The translations under genes and the position numbers were made by a program. This document shows positions 1-10,300 of a stretch of 32,276 bases of DNA, in pieces. Position 1 is the first letter of the stretch. Each line of letters opens with the position of its first letter. The stretch comes from Sphaeroforma arctica JP610 (Eukaryota), in NCBI RefSeq assembly GCF_001186125.1, contig NW_014040527.1, forward strand, positions 161,105-193,380, read 5' to 3'. Under the pieces are notes generated by a model. That model ran no database searches. It saw only the letters and a program-made list of their open reading frames with translations, and had not been told where the DNA came from.

Positions 1-339
1 GAAGTTTACACGGACATCAAGAGTAGTTTTTTTCTTTTTCTTTTTCTAAAGATAGGATTTTATAAGTCTCTCGGATTCGCCCCAACGAAACATACCATAG
101 TTTTTATTAGAGCGACAACGAAACACTAAATAAATCCCTTAAGCAAAAATAGTACTGAGACGATTATATATAGGCAATGTCTCAGCCTCACAATCTCTCA
201 GCGTATTGCTTTTTCACGAGGCATACCTAATTTTACTAAAAGACTCATTTCGTTTATTTACTTTTAATTTTTGATATACTTAGACTTAACCTAAGCGTTT
301 ATTTACTCTAAGGCGTTAATATCGCCTTAATAGACCGAA

Positions 340-1795
340 ACTTACAGTTTCACATCCTGCGGGTCTTCTAGGTAACGATCGTGGTGAACAGGAAAGTGTT
401 TACGGTATGCAAGCGTATCGATAGGTACATTTGCATTATCCTGGCAGTTCTCCTTCCTTTCTTCTGGAGATTGCGGACGACGATGCTGTTGTAATTTGCT
501 CCTGAATAAATTCGCTGCCGTTTCTACCAGGTTATTTCACCAAAGTTGTCGATTCCTGATACCAATTCGGACCATCAGCCGGCATCTCATCAGAAGTCGG
601 AATTGTCTGGGATCGATTTTGAGCGTTCTCCGGGAGCCGCTCTCTGTGCGTAACATGAACATTCTCGTAAGGAGCCACTTGAGGTACGGGCTTCGTGCGG
701 CCAATCCTGCGCTTCACCAGGCTAATTTGCTTCATGTCGATAGCCCCACTGTAAGGTGGCTAGTCGGTTGGTGGCAACTCTGCCTGTGTTGGGTATTGAG
801 GAGCCCAATGTCGTTGCACTGTTGGTTCGGCCTCAGTCTCAGAAATATCATCATCCACGTCGCCTGGGCCGTGTCCTTGGTCATATAAGTGTCAATATCT
901 GCCAGTGACAATTGACGAAGTTGGCGGAGTTGCTTTTGTAAACTTCAATGAATATTTCTATGTTTTAAACTGTGTTATATAAACTAAGGTAAAATTTAAG
1001 TCAGTTATGATTTAGCAGTGGGAGCTTGTGTAAGAATGATCGGGACTGCCTCTTGGTAAGAGCCTTAATATCCTCGATCGCACAGGGCGTACCTCTAGCT
1101 GTTCTTTATTGAATAATTTTCACTAGAAGTACTAAGTGTTCATGACCACATGTCTAATTTGTAGATGGACATAAGAACGTAAGTCAAGTTAATACATTAG
1201 CTAATATAATTAAAGTTCCATCTGAAGAAAAGTTAAAAAAGAAAAAGACTTATTGGATTTTGGAGATTGGCGGGAAGACCAAAACCTGTAAGTAGTAGTT
1301 CAGAGATTATAAAATTTAGTTTAAAATATCCTACATCTACTATCGTCTCAAATAGGTCCAAGTAAATGAGTCATACCAAATACTCAGGCTATTAGAGCCA
1401 TCAAAGTGAATTTAGAACACTTTGGAAATATTGGAAAAAGAACTTGTATTAAATTATTTTAATTACAAATGTTATCTCATTTGATCTTGATATTTTAGAC
1501 TGACTGGAGGCCGTATTTCTCTTTCTTCCTTTGCCTCCTTCACATGCATCAACGTATCCAAGTGTTCTGCTTGATCCGCAATTCATGTTGGGGCTCGGCT
1601 AAGCCTGCCCAAGGTTCGGATTGAGTACTGGGCCTCCAAAAGAAAATGTGTCAATTCCAAATGAATTCCCACCTTCTCGTCGTCTTCGGGTTCAGGTTAC
1701 TTGGCACGTGCGGTATCCATCTTATCGTATAGCTCGGTCAAATGGCGAATCATTCCAAGCAACCGTTTCAGCAGCTGGTCACTCCCGTCATCGTT
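340..1795 (-). pseudogene. Decayed coding-like segments of an unknown protein (~1795-1495 and ~900-340) separated by AT-rich sequence
   Basis: Minus-strand frames read as protein-like text broken by single stops: YNDDGSDQLLKRLLGMIRHLTELYDKMDTARAK*PEPEDDEKVGIHLELTHFLLEAQYSIRTLGRLSRAPT*IADQAEHLD and YDQGHGPGDVDDDISETEAEPTVQRHWAPQYPTQAELPPTD*PPYSGAIDMKQISLV. No family recognised. Confidence 0.3.
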
Positions 1796-2249
1796 GTAAA
1801 AAAAATATAAAAGTAAACTAATTTGCTTCTTAGTTACTTTAATCTTTAAAAAACGTAGTATAATAAAACAGTAGTTCAGTCACTTAAAAACGGTGACAAA
1901 CCCAAATGACACTTAATGAAGAGTGTTAAGTCTAAAATAAGTGAACTCAGTCAGAAGTGCCGTTATGAGCGGCGCGTCTGCTATATTTATTATCACGTTC
2001 CTATATGAAACGAGATTTCATCTAACAACGGGTAATTATGAAAATACCCGTATCTGTGGGTTTCGTCTCCTGGTTACTAAATTATGATGAAACCGTTTGA
2101 GTCATCATTATTTCATATTAAATCCTCTGTCCCAATATTCAGTTCGATCTCTCAGCCTGGTCCTGGAATATTCTACTCAGGTCAGGTCCTCCAGTCCGGT
2201 CCTGAAACTCCACTTGTAGGTCGGGCCCTCTGGTCCGGTCCTAAATGTC

Positions 2250-2880
2250 CGTCCTAAGTACTTTGTCCACAGGTCGACAGTTTGGCGCGGTTGACTGATT
2301 TCTTTGAACCAGAAGTGAATCCTGCCTATTCCTGTTGCGGTACTAGCTATCCAATATAGCAAATTTATCGCATTGATTCCGGTAATTTTTGGTATGAATA
2401 TTACGACCAGTCCCTCTACAGAGGCTTGTTTTGAATGTCGTGGTCGGTATGACCTCTACGATTGATGTGTGTGTATTTCGAGTACTTGTGAGAAGGTGGT
2501 GTAGGGTTTTGAGATCGGGGAGAAAGTTTGCCCGTGTGGGTACGTTTGTGTAGAAATAGAGCGGGTGTAAGATAGTGTCGGTTGCGTTTTGGGGTCACAA
2601 TGTGTCCTTCCATTACAACTCGTCGACGCTGTATTGTTTGGAGAGCCTTTTTCGTGAGGTGCATTTGGTCGGGCATTCATTGGTTGATTTTGGGGTGCAT
2701 GACCTGGCAGTGGCTAAGGTATATTCAAATGCTGTTCACTGAACAGATCTCACGTTTATCCAGTCATGCCTTGAATAATATTCAGTAGTATACGTGTATT
2801 GGTAGGTATCCTGTACTTTTTCGCACAAAGTAAAGAATACCCTCATGTGCAGTTTAGTATTGGGTAGGAGTGATGAGCTT
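2250..2880 (-). pseudogene. Tyrosine recombinase remnant (N-terminal/core-binding part; catalytic HxxR...Y end not found)
   Basis: RVFFTLCEKYRIP...SVNSI*IYLSHCQVMHPKINQ*MPDQMHLTKKALQTIQRRR...PKRNRHYLTPALFL resembles the DIRS YR pattern F..FC...TI..YLS.I...H...L.G..R...R.PIT...L. It lies just after RNase H, as expected. Confidence 0.5.
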
Positions 2881-2899
2881 CCAAAACAACGGCCACTTC

Positions 2900-4560
2900 T
2901 CCCGGAATAAAGTGGGCCGCAATATGAATTCCATATAGCTAGTCTTTGTAATGTTTGCCAAGAGACGAAGGAGATCGAGAATCTCCAGAATATTGAATCG
3001 GCGCATACATATGTTATCCACCGCGCCCGTATTATCGCTACGTGCGTATTCCGATGGTGTGGTCATGTCAACTACATTTTCTTGGTTGTAGGCCTGCGAT
3101 GTATACGATAATGAGTAGTTCTAAGCACGTTATGCTGTATGCTTGTTGGGCATTCTGTTGTGTAGACTGTGCCCATTTACTGTGAGCTGGCCCCCACGGG
3201 AGGGAAACCATTCCCCGGTTGTAATAAATACACCGCCACCTATCTTCTTGGAGAATGCGATCACGTAGAAATTTGTGTGTCCGAGTGTGGGTAGCAGGGG
3301 GAGTGCTTGTATGTTATCCACCGCGCCCGTATTATCGCTATGTATTCGGGTGGTATGATGACTACATTTTCTTGGCTGTTGGCCTACGATGTATACAATA
3401 GTGAGTAGCTCTAGGCACGTTATGTTGTATGTTTGTTGGGCATTATGTTGTGTAAACTGTGCCCATTTATTGTGGGCTGGCCCCCACGGGAGGGAAACCC
3501 TTCCCGGTTGTAGTAGATCAACTCCCACCAATCTTGGAGGATGCGATCACGTAAAAATTTGCGTGTCCGAGGGTAGACAGACAAGCTTAAATGCCCTGAC
3601 GGATGCCCACTGGGGTACGTCGGTGTTGGTGTCCTTATCATGTTTTACCCCTCGGTATGAGTCAGAAGAGTCTCTGAACAAGGAGACGACCAACTCGGTA
3701 GATTAGAGTTAGCCATATAGGTTTCCCGGGCGTTTTAGGTGGCTGTAGGTTGCGACCGTTGTGGTGCACCACTCGCGAAGTATAAGTAGAAATTCATGTA
3801 AAGCGTTTACGAGTGGGCAGTTTCGCATATAATATACCCACCCATTCAACTTCGGGGAGGTGGCTGACTAGTTTAGATTCAATAGGCTTGATATCGTACT
3901 CCTTGAATGTATTGCAAATCTTGATGACGCCACCACGGCCGGCTTTTGGAAAGTGGAGCATGAGGTAGTTATCTACTCATCCCCAGAATGCGAGTGCGTC
4001 GATCATGGATAGGACCCAGTCGAGTGCTTCAGCTACTTTTTGAACGTTCGTGGCGAGTTCCCATTACCGAAATTGAGTACTATAGGTTACACCATACACT
4101 GCCGTCGTGGTGACGGAAGCCCAGGAGATGAACGTCTTCGGGGTGGATTGAAACAATGAGCTGGAAGGCGTTTTCAATTTCAACGACACTAAGTATGCTA
4201 CCTAGAGGGGCGCTACCAAGGGCTTCTTTTATTGCTTGGATCTTCACATATGTGAATGTTACGCGTTCGAGGTTTGCGCTTATACTCGAGTTGCTGTCTT
4301 TTGGATACACGAGTGGTCGGTAATCTGCGAAAATTCTTATTCACGTCAGGCTTCGGCTTTGTGATAGCCGAAAGTGGGGTGATGTGTGAAAATAGGAGTT
4401 GTTATACCTGGGTTTCAGTGTATGGTCCTAGTACCGTTATATTTTCAATTTTCTTGTTGATGGCAGTAGTCGCAAGCTGTGGCTCAGATGTGTACTCTTT
4501 ATGATTCTTGTGTGATATGTGGGTATCGCATTTGCCCGTATATAGTAGAGTAGCCCCATT
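2900..4560 (-). pseudogene. DIRS/Ngaro reverse transcriptase and RNase H remnant
   Basis: RT motifs across frameshifts: VLGPY..HITPLSAITKPK, YPKDSNSSISANLERVTFTYVKI, LSVVEIENAFQLIVSIHPEDVHLLGFRH, VLNFGNGNSPRTF/QKVAEALDWVL, FWG*VDNYLM (YxDD site at ~3965-3979). RNase H motif: NITCLELLTIVYIV...RIHSDNTGAVDNI. Confidence 0.85.
3010..3580 (-). repeat. Diverged ~300-bp tandem duplication of the RNase H segment (~3010-3300 and ~3310-3580)
   Basis: Both copies begin ATGTTATCCACCGCGCCCGTATTATCGCTA and share GCTGGCCCCCACGGGAGGGAAACC and ATGCGATCACGTA, with many substitutions and indels between them. Confidence 0.9.
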
Positions 4561-5100
4561 TACAATTAGGAGTACCTCCTTCAGACCACCATAACATTCA
4601 AATGTTTTATTAAGTTTCTGGTATAGTGTTGGGTCTAGGGATAAAATTATTTATTTCAACAAAAAAAGGTTACAATGTATGTATGTTACATTGTATGAAC
4701 ATATGGTATGGCTCTCATAGCCGTTGTAGTGGTTCGGGAAAGATCGATGGGAAGAAGTGGTCAGTAAATTTCCGTTTCACCTCTGTGGTACGGATCGGGT
4801 CTGTGCCGTGTAGTGCCGTGGAATGGATTAGTGCAGAGTACGAAATACCGAGTAGGACCAGGTTATCCGTCATAATTCAGTCGAGGAGCGAGAATGGGGG
4901 TGAGCCAATGCCGCACCAGACCACGGATGCATTCAGTATGTGCTGGCTGGCCTGGATCGGAAGTATCATAGGCGGGACCAACAAGCGTGATGATTTGGTT
5001 TGAACCAAAATTTGGATGTAGTACTTCAACAGCGGGATTAGCCGGGGTATGGGGAACATCTGTTGATGTGTCAGAGACGGGTGAGGGTACGATGGTTCTT

Positions 5101-5967
5101 CTACATGCTGGAGAAACGATACAAGGTGTTCGTGGAGGGTCCAGATACCGTGGAAGTCTGGCACTCCTGTAATTGCTGGAGGAGGTCAGAGCCAATTGGC
5201 GGCAGTTTCGGGCCTACCAGAATGCGTCGAATCGGTTGTTGGATGCAGGTAAAGTGGCTGGTGGTGAACTTGTGGCTACCGGGGCAGACAGAGCAGAGAC
5301 AGCCGTTGGTGCGGTAGTCGAGCAATGTGAACATGTACGTATTCGCTACAATCATAGCACAGAGCCGGATTGGTGTAGGCTCGAGGCAGCGGTTGAAGCT
5401 GTCGTGTCTAGCTTTGTCTCGGTTTGAGGTTGGCGGTATACCTATAACCAGTTGGTAGTAGTATTGGCGCCGGGCCATTGCCGCGATCTCTTTGTTGGAC
5501 CTGCGTTTTGTTGAGTTCTCCCTGGTGTCGTCATAGCGTTGGCGAAGGGCTACATGGTCGGGTTTACGCCCGCCCGTGGTTTTGTGTACAGTTTTCAGGT
5601 GAGCATAAACAATGTACGGGAAGCGCAGTGATGGTTTGTCGTGGGCCCAGGCGGGTTGCGTCAGAGGGGTGAGTGGATTTGTGCTGGCCATTGAATCGAA
5701 TTGTATTCCCAGGTTACCTCCGAGGTAGTCCGCGAAGGGTCGCGCGGGGAGCAGGCCACAAAAGTGGAGTAAGTTTGTTTGATGTTTGGGAAACCGAGGG
5801 TATTTAGTGCCCGTGATGATGGCTGCTGCTTGGATGAGTGCTGAGTTATAGCGCTCGAACAGGGGGTCCAACGAATCCATCCATATGGGCGGAGCCCAGG
5901 TGCGTGGCGAATTGCTTCCCATGGTCGACTTGTACTCTTTATGAGGCATATGGAGGGTATTCTCCAC
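5101..5967 (-). pseudogene. N-terminal part of the element's second ORF (288 aa still open), continuing by frameshift into 4877-5164
   Basis: ORF track 5101..5967 and 4877..5164. The frameshifted join RRILVGPKLPPIGSDLLQQLQEC/DFHGIWTLHEHLVSF is supported by the unbroken paralog at 7224-7427. Confidence 0.6.
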
Positions 5968-6607
5968 TGTTTTTGAGTTGGGGGCTGCTGTCTGTCAGTT
6001 CTTTTACAGGGGCGACATGTTTGCGTGGTGATGCACAGCTATCGACATTACACTCGTGTCGATATCTAAATTCTCCGAATTTTCTTTTGTATCCGTCCGC
6101 CGAGTTGTGAAGTCGGCATTCTTCTCGCTTTTGATGGCTGGGGTTAGTTGGTGAGGACCAGCCTGCTTGTGCTGTGGCACAGATACAGTAGTCGGTGTGA
6201 CAGCCGCATGTTTTGCAGTATGCTAGTGCTCGATTGTAGCTGTTGCTACCAGTTGCGAGAACTAGTTTTGCTGCGTCAATATTGCCGAGTCTAATGTACA
6301 GTGGTCTGAGTCGACTGTGGCCATTTCGCCATGTGTAATGCGTGATAATAGATCATACATTTGGAGCTAATAGTGGATAATGTCTGCAAATCGTTTGAGG
6401 TTGGCGGTATACCTATAACCAGTTGGTAGTAGTATTGGCGCCGGGCCATTGCCGCGATCTCTTTGTTGGACCTGCGTTTTGTTGAGTTCTCCCTGGTGTC
6501 GTCATAGCGTTGGCGAAGGGCTACATGGTCGGGTTTACGCCCGCCCGTGGTTTTGTGTACAGTTTTCAGGTGAGCATAAACAATGTACGGGAAGCGCAGT
6601 GATGGTT
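5422..6607. repeat. Exact 215-bp direct repeat: 5422-5636 and 6393-6607
   Basis: Identical sequence GTTTGAGGTTGGCGG...GCGCAGTGATGGTT at an offset of 971. The ORF track gives matching translations at 5478 and 6449. Confidence 0.97.
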
Positions 6608-6898
6608 CATTTTGGCTCTTCTCTCGGGCAGCGTGTCTTTTGCCGCGTTGTTAGTGTATTCGGCAATAGTTCCGTTGATCATCGCCAGGTCTGCATTTTC
6701 CTAGTCTAAGGGTTTGATCAGTAGAGCAAATTGATACTGTGACATGACAATGGTCTTGTCGTTGTTTTCATATTTCTTTTCTGAAGGTTTGTCAGTATTA
6801 GTGTTCGTATTACCTAGCTCTGTTTCGACTTCCTCACGATCGCCGAACCCAGCTTGGTCGGCTGATCGAGTTGCTACAGTGACCATTTCAAAATTCAT
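5960..6898 (-). pseudogene. gag-like ORF remnant of the DIRS/Ngaro element
   Basis: Starts MNFEMVTVATRS (6898), is broken by stops, and ends with YCKTCGCHTDYCIC and a CxxxN..[C]..[C]xYxHxC..C...H finger typical of DIRS/Ngaro gag. Confidence 0.55.
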
Positions 6899-7109
6899 AT
6901 GTGAACTAGTCTAACAGTTTGTGTCTAATTTTGGTGTTGTTGAAGTGATATGGGACTGGTGTGGAGTGTGTATGGAGGGAGAGGAGGGGGGGGGGGAGGA
7001 GGAAATAAAAGGGAAAACAATGGAAGGGGGAGAAGGGGGGAAGAAAGGGAAGTGCGCATAAAAATGAAAGCATATTTGAACCTCAGCTGCGACACGAAGA
7101 TTCTAAAAT

Positions 7110-7450
7110 AGACTACGAGATTGTCAAACTGGTTTGAAGTGTAATTGGTTCTAGGATTTCCGGAGATAAGTTTTTACTTTCAGCCACTTTGCTTGTAACA
7201 GTAGCTTAATAAGGCGTATTCTGGTGGACCCTAATCTACCGCCAATTGCACCGGACAAATTGCAACAGCTACAGAATCGACATGACTACCACGGCATGTG
7301 GACTCTCCGTGAACATCTCGGGAGCTTCCTTCCACATGAACAGCGGACACCAATTTCCCCCCACCCAGTACTGGTCAATAGACCGATGTTTCCTTTACCC
7401 CGTCTCGTCACACTGCTGAAGACATAGAACCAGATTTCACACCCCTTAAA
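7110..7450 (+). mobile_element. Inverted, diverged fragment of a related DIRS/Ngaro element (pre-RT region)
   Basis: FTFSHFACNSSLIRRILVDPNLPPIAPDKLQQLQNRHDYHGMWTLREHLGSFLPHEQRTPISPHPVLVNRPMFPLPRLVTLLK aligns collinearly with the minus-strand FTTSHFTCIQQPIRRILVGPKLPPIGSDLLQQLQEC/DFHGIWTLHEHLVSFLQHVEEPSYPHPSLTHQQMFPIPRLIPLLK at ~5025-5270. Confidence 0.85.
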
Positions 7451-7599
7451 CCAAACCCACGTGCCTTATAGTATCCACACCTAAGATAATATTCACATTT
7501 TCAGGCCATTTCGTAAGTTTAAATCCTTCGTTACCCAGATCCATGTTGTATTGCAGGAAGTTCAATCGATTCTAATGGTGATGTTCGAAGCAATATATC

Positions 7600-10300
7600 C
7601 GCCAGATAGATTTACTTGTTCTGTTTGTTTCGAGTGGACAAATAAGCAGTTGCTGGCCTGATTTCAGATGTCTGAGTGATCAATTGTTTGGCACCCGTAT
7701 CGATAAGTTTTTATTTTCTCGCATAAGCGTCACACACACGGTTATCCGACGTAAGTAGCCTATTTTTTACAGCCAGGATATGCGGTACTGTAATATCAGA
7801 CTAACTAAGTTGGCTAACTACCTTGTACTATGAAGGGAGTATTGTAAAAATGAATAATACTACTAATAATAAAATAGCTTTATCCCTCGGCAGTGAGCTA
7901 AAAGATCAGACGGTATAGTTCCGCTCCTACATAATTTCAGATTTCAACAACTCAGATTGAAGCGATATAGATTGAGGCAGTCTTCGGCAGCATAATAAAT
8001 TATATATACATCCAACTTAAAAGAAAACATAAGTTCAAAGTTCAAAACGCCAAGCTGGTGCATTGATTTTATAGCACTTACTAGCACTTGATATCATGGC
8101 TCTCCACCTTGGTTAAGGAATAAACAAGTCAGTACATTGAGTTGGTTGTCCGGCATGAAGCAGTCCTCTCGTTTTGCCTGAGATCATGCCTTGTATATAT
8201 CATGTGTAGGTTACTACTATGCCAAGAATTCGCTATTCAACAGTACCAAGTTGCCAAACCTCATACAAATATTCGCATCAAACACCCTCTCATCTCACTT
8301 CAAGTCTGTAAATGCTTCCCGATGATCACTTGGTCCAGAATCTGATGAAGTTTATTTGTCATCCTAAAATATACAAGGATTTCATCTAGAAATAGGATAG
8401 GGTTTTAGCCAAGCCTTGGGTTCACATTGGTCCACAATTTTGCCGCAGTGCCTAATTCACCTCATCTGTTTGCAGTTCAGATAATTTCGTGTACACCATT
8501 TGTTTCTTTATATGTACCAATTCTGCGGCGTTTGCTCGCAGATGCCTCGTTTGTATACCACTTTCGCGAGTGGGTCACAAACGGTAGTGGCGATAGGCCA
8601 GAGAATCGAAGAAAGTGTTAGTTGCTCGTAAATCTTCATGCGTCTGTTGTAGTATCTTAGGAGTGCGGTGTTCTGTAGTCGCCAACTTTGGAATGACAGT
8701 GCCATACTTTGGTAGATGACTGGCAAAGTTCTACGGACCAGTTCCAAGTTTCGCATGCTGTGTGGAAGTGATTGAGAGAAGGCGTGTAGAGGTCGACTAT
8801 TGAGAGCTCTTCGTGCGAACAACTCGTTTCGTCCTAAATATCAGACCAAATTTCGTCCAGATTGGGCACTTTTGTTGCTTTCTGCATTGTAGCATGTATT
8901 TGTCGCTGTACCTAGGACCCAATTACTTGGCACCTGGCCAGGTAGACCCAACATGACCTATTTCACACTAGATTGTCTTGCTCTGTAAGTGTCTGATTAT
9001 ACACCAGTTCTCGCTTTTATGATACCCTGTCTTGTATATCTTCATTGTTTGGTGGAAAACTATTGTTTGAGAAAAACCACCTAGTGTCTACGATAGAGTT
9101 TTCCTACTCTAACTAGAGCGCCTTCCGATCTTTAAATATGTAATGTTTGGATCTGCACTATATTCCCTCTACATTTTAAACATACCCCGGATTTTAAGAT
9201 TTACGTAAACATGTGCTTCTACTAAGTCATAAGCCCGTTGGGTTTTATCGTTAGAATTATTCGTTTTGGACCCCAAATTCTTGTCATTGGTAGTCAAGCG
9301 AAATGTCTGTTGTTTTGATTTCAAGGTGGCTGATTGAGTGTCCAAATGCTTGACCGGTCATCGACTGATCCCACTTCGACCATAATTCGACAGTATCCAG
9401 CATCGGTTGCCTATTAACGTACATTCTTAATAAACTCATCTCAGACTTTTGCAATGTAAACTCAGCTTCAAATGGTAGAAAAGTAAAATCAATGCGAGTT
9501 GTGGCTACAGACTCAGTGGTCGAACTCGGATTCGCTCCAAAGAGTCAAAAGACCCGTTGTGTACGGGAAGTCTGATATATTTACTAGTCACGTCGCTAAG
9601 AGGGACAAGATTTTCACTCTTTCATGGACTTTCATCCCTTCCGAATTTAGGGGTTCTTCTAGACTTATAATCCCACCGTTCAGACTACTCCTCAAACTAG
9701 GGTTTAGGGTTTAGGGTTTTTCAGTATGTAAACGAAGCTATGTTAAGGTAAAAGGATAAGTATCGAACAACTGTTGCTGTGTCAAAGTGTATCCTTCGAA
9801 AGTATATGTTTACTTAAACAGTTTATCTCTTCAAAAGTAAATTGTTGTCATTCATTCAATCGTTAGCTGCTTCCAAATGCATCAAATGCCTGATACTTGA
9901 GTCATTAAAGACAGCTCATAACTGGAAATAATTTACACTTAGTATGTTGTCCAATTCGAAAAAACCACCATCTCGTATTCAATAAATTGTCTAATTCATA
10001 TATAGAATCCTGTTCCCAATTTTAGTTACTTTCCATTTTGTAGGGATAATATCATTTATTTCAAGTTGGGTAAATTTTTGTCTACAAGCATATCTCCCGT
10101 ATTTTCCGAAGTTTCTATTATTTTTCTCACAGTATGTTTACCGCTTATTTTGCGCCTCTCATTCTGCTGTCAAATTGCTGGCAATCAATTGTTCCCATTA
10201 AAATATTAGTTGTACCCTTTCAGTTTTAAATATGCTTCGAAATATAATACATGATCCTTTTTTGTCGAGTTTGATAATAACATATAAGCCGATAGACTGA
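7600..10300 (-). mobile_element. Heavily eroded Ty3/Gypsy LTR retrotransposon remnant (RT ~8230-8820, RNase H end ~7740-7930, possible gag ~9750-10300); LTRs not identified
   Basis: Collinear motifs across frameshifts: FARRALNSRPL..MRNLELVR, NFASHLPKYGTV, VGDYRT..TTDA..FFDSLA, PFVTH, ILFLDEILVYFRMTNKLHQILDQV (YLDD-like), REAFTDLK*DERVFDANICMRFGNLV, then SQLS*SDITVPHILAVKN (RNase H end). The gag call (HVLYFEAYLKLKGY) is weak. Confidence 0.55.
9697..9720 (+). repeat. Short interstitial telomere-like tract (TAGGGTT)x3
   Basis: CTAGGGTTTAGGGTTTAGGGTTTT read directly. Confidence 0.7.

Larger units (their letters stand above)
2150..7050 (-). mobile_element. Decayed Ngaro/DIRS-type tyrosine-recombinase retrotransposon (gag - pol[RT, RNase H] - YR); boundaries approximate
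   Basis: Domain order and motifs on the minus strand: gag with a C-terminal Cys/His finger (ECRLHNSADGYKRKFGEFRYRHECNVDSCASPRKH, ~6020-6125), DIRS-type RT, RNase H, then the N-terminal part of a tyrosine recombinase. Many stops and frameshifts. A pyrimidine-rich leader (6976-7050) precedes the gag ATG at 6898. Confidence 0.8.

Noticed and set aside
5422..6607. Exact repeat as LTRs or Ngaro split direct repeats
   Set aside because: It is internal to coding regions, lacks TG..CA ends, and is not at the element termini.
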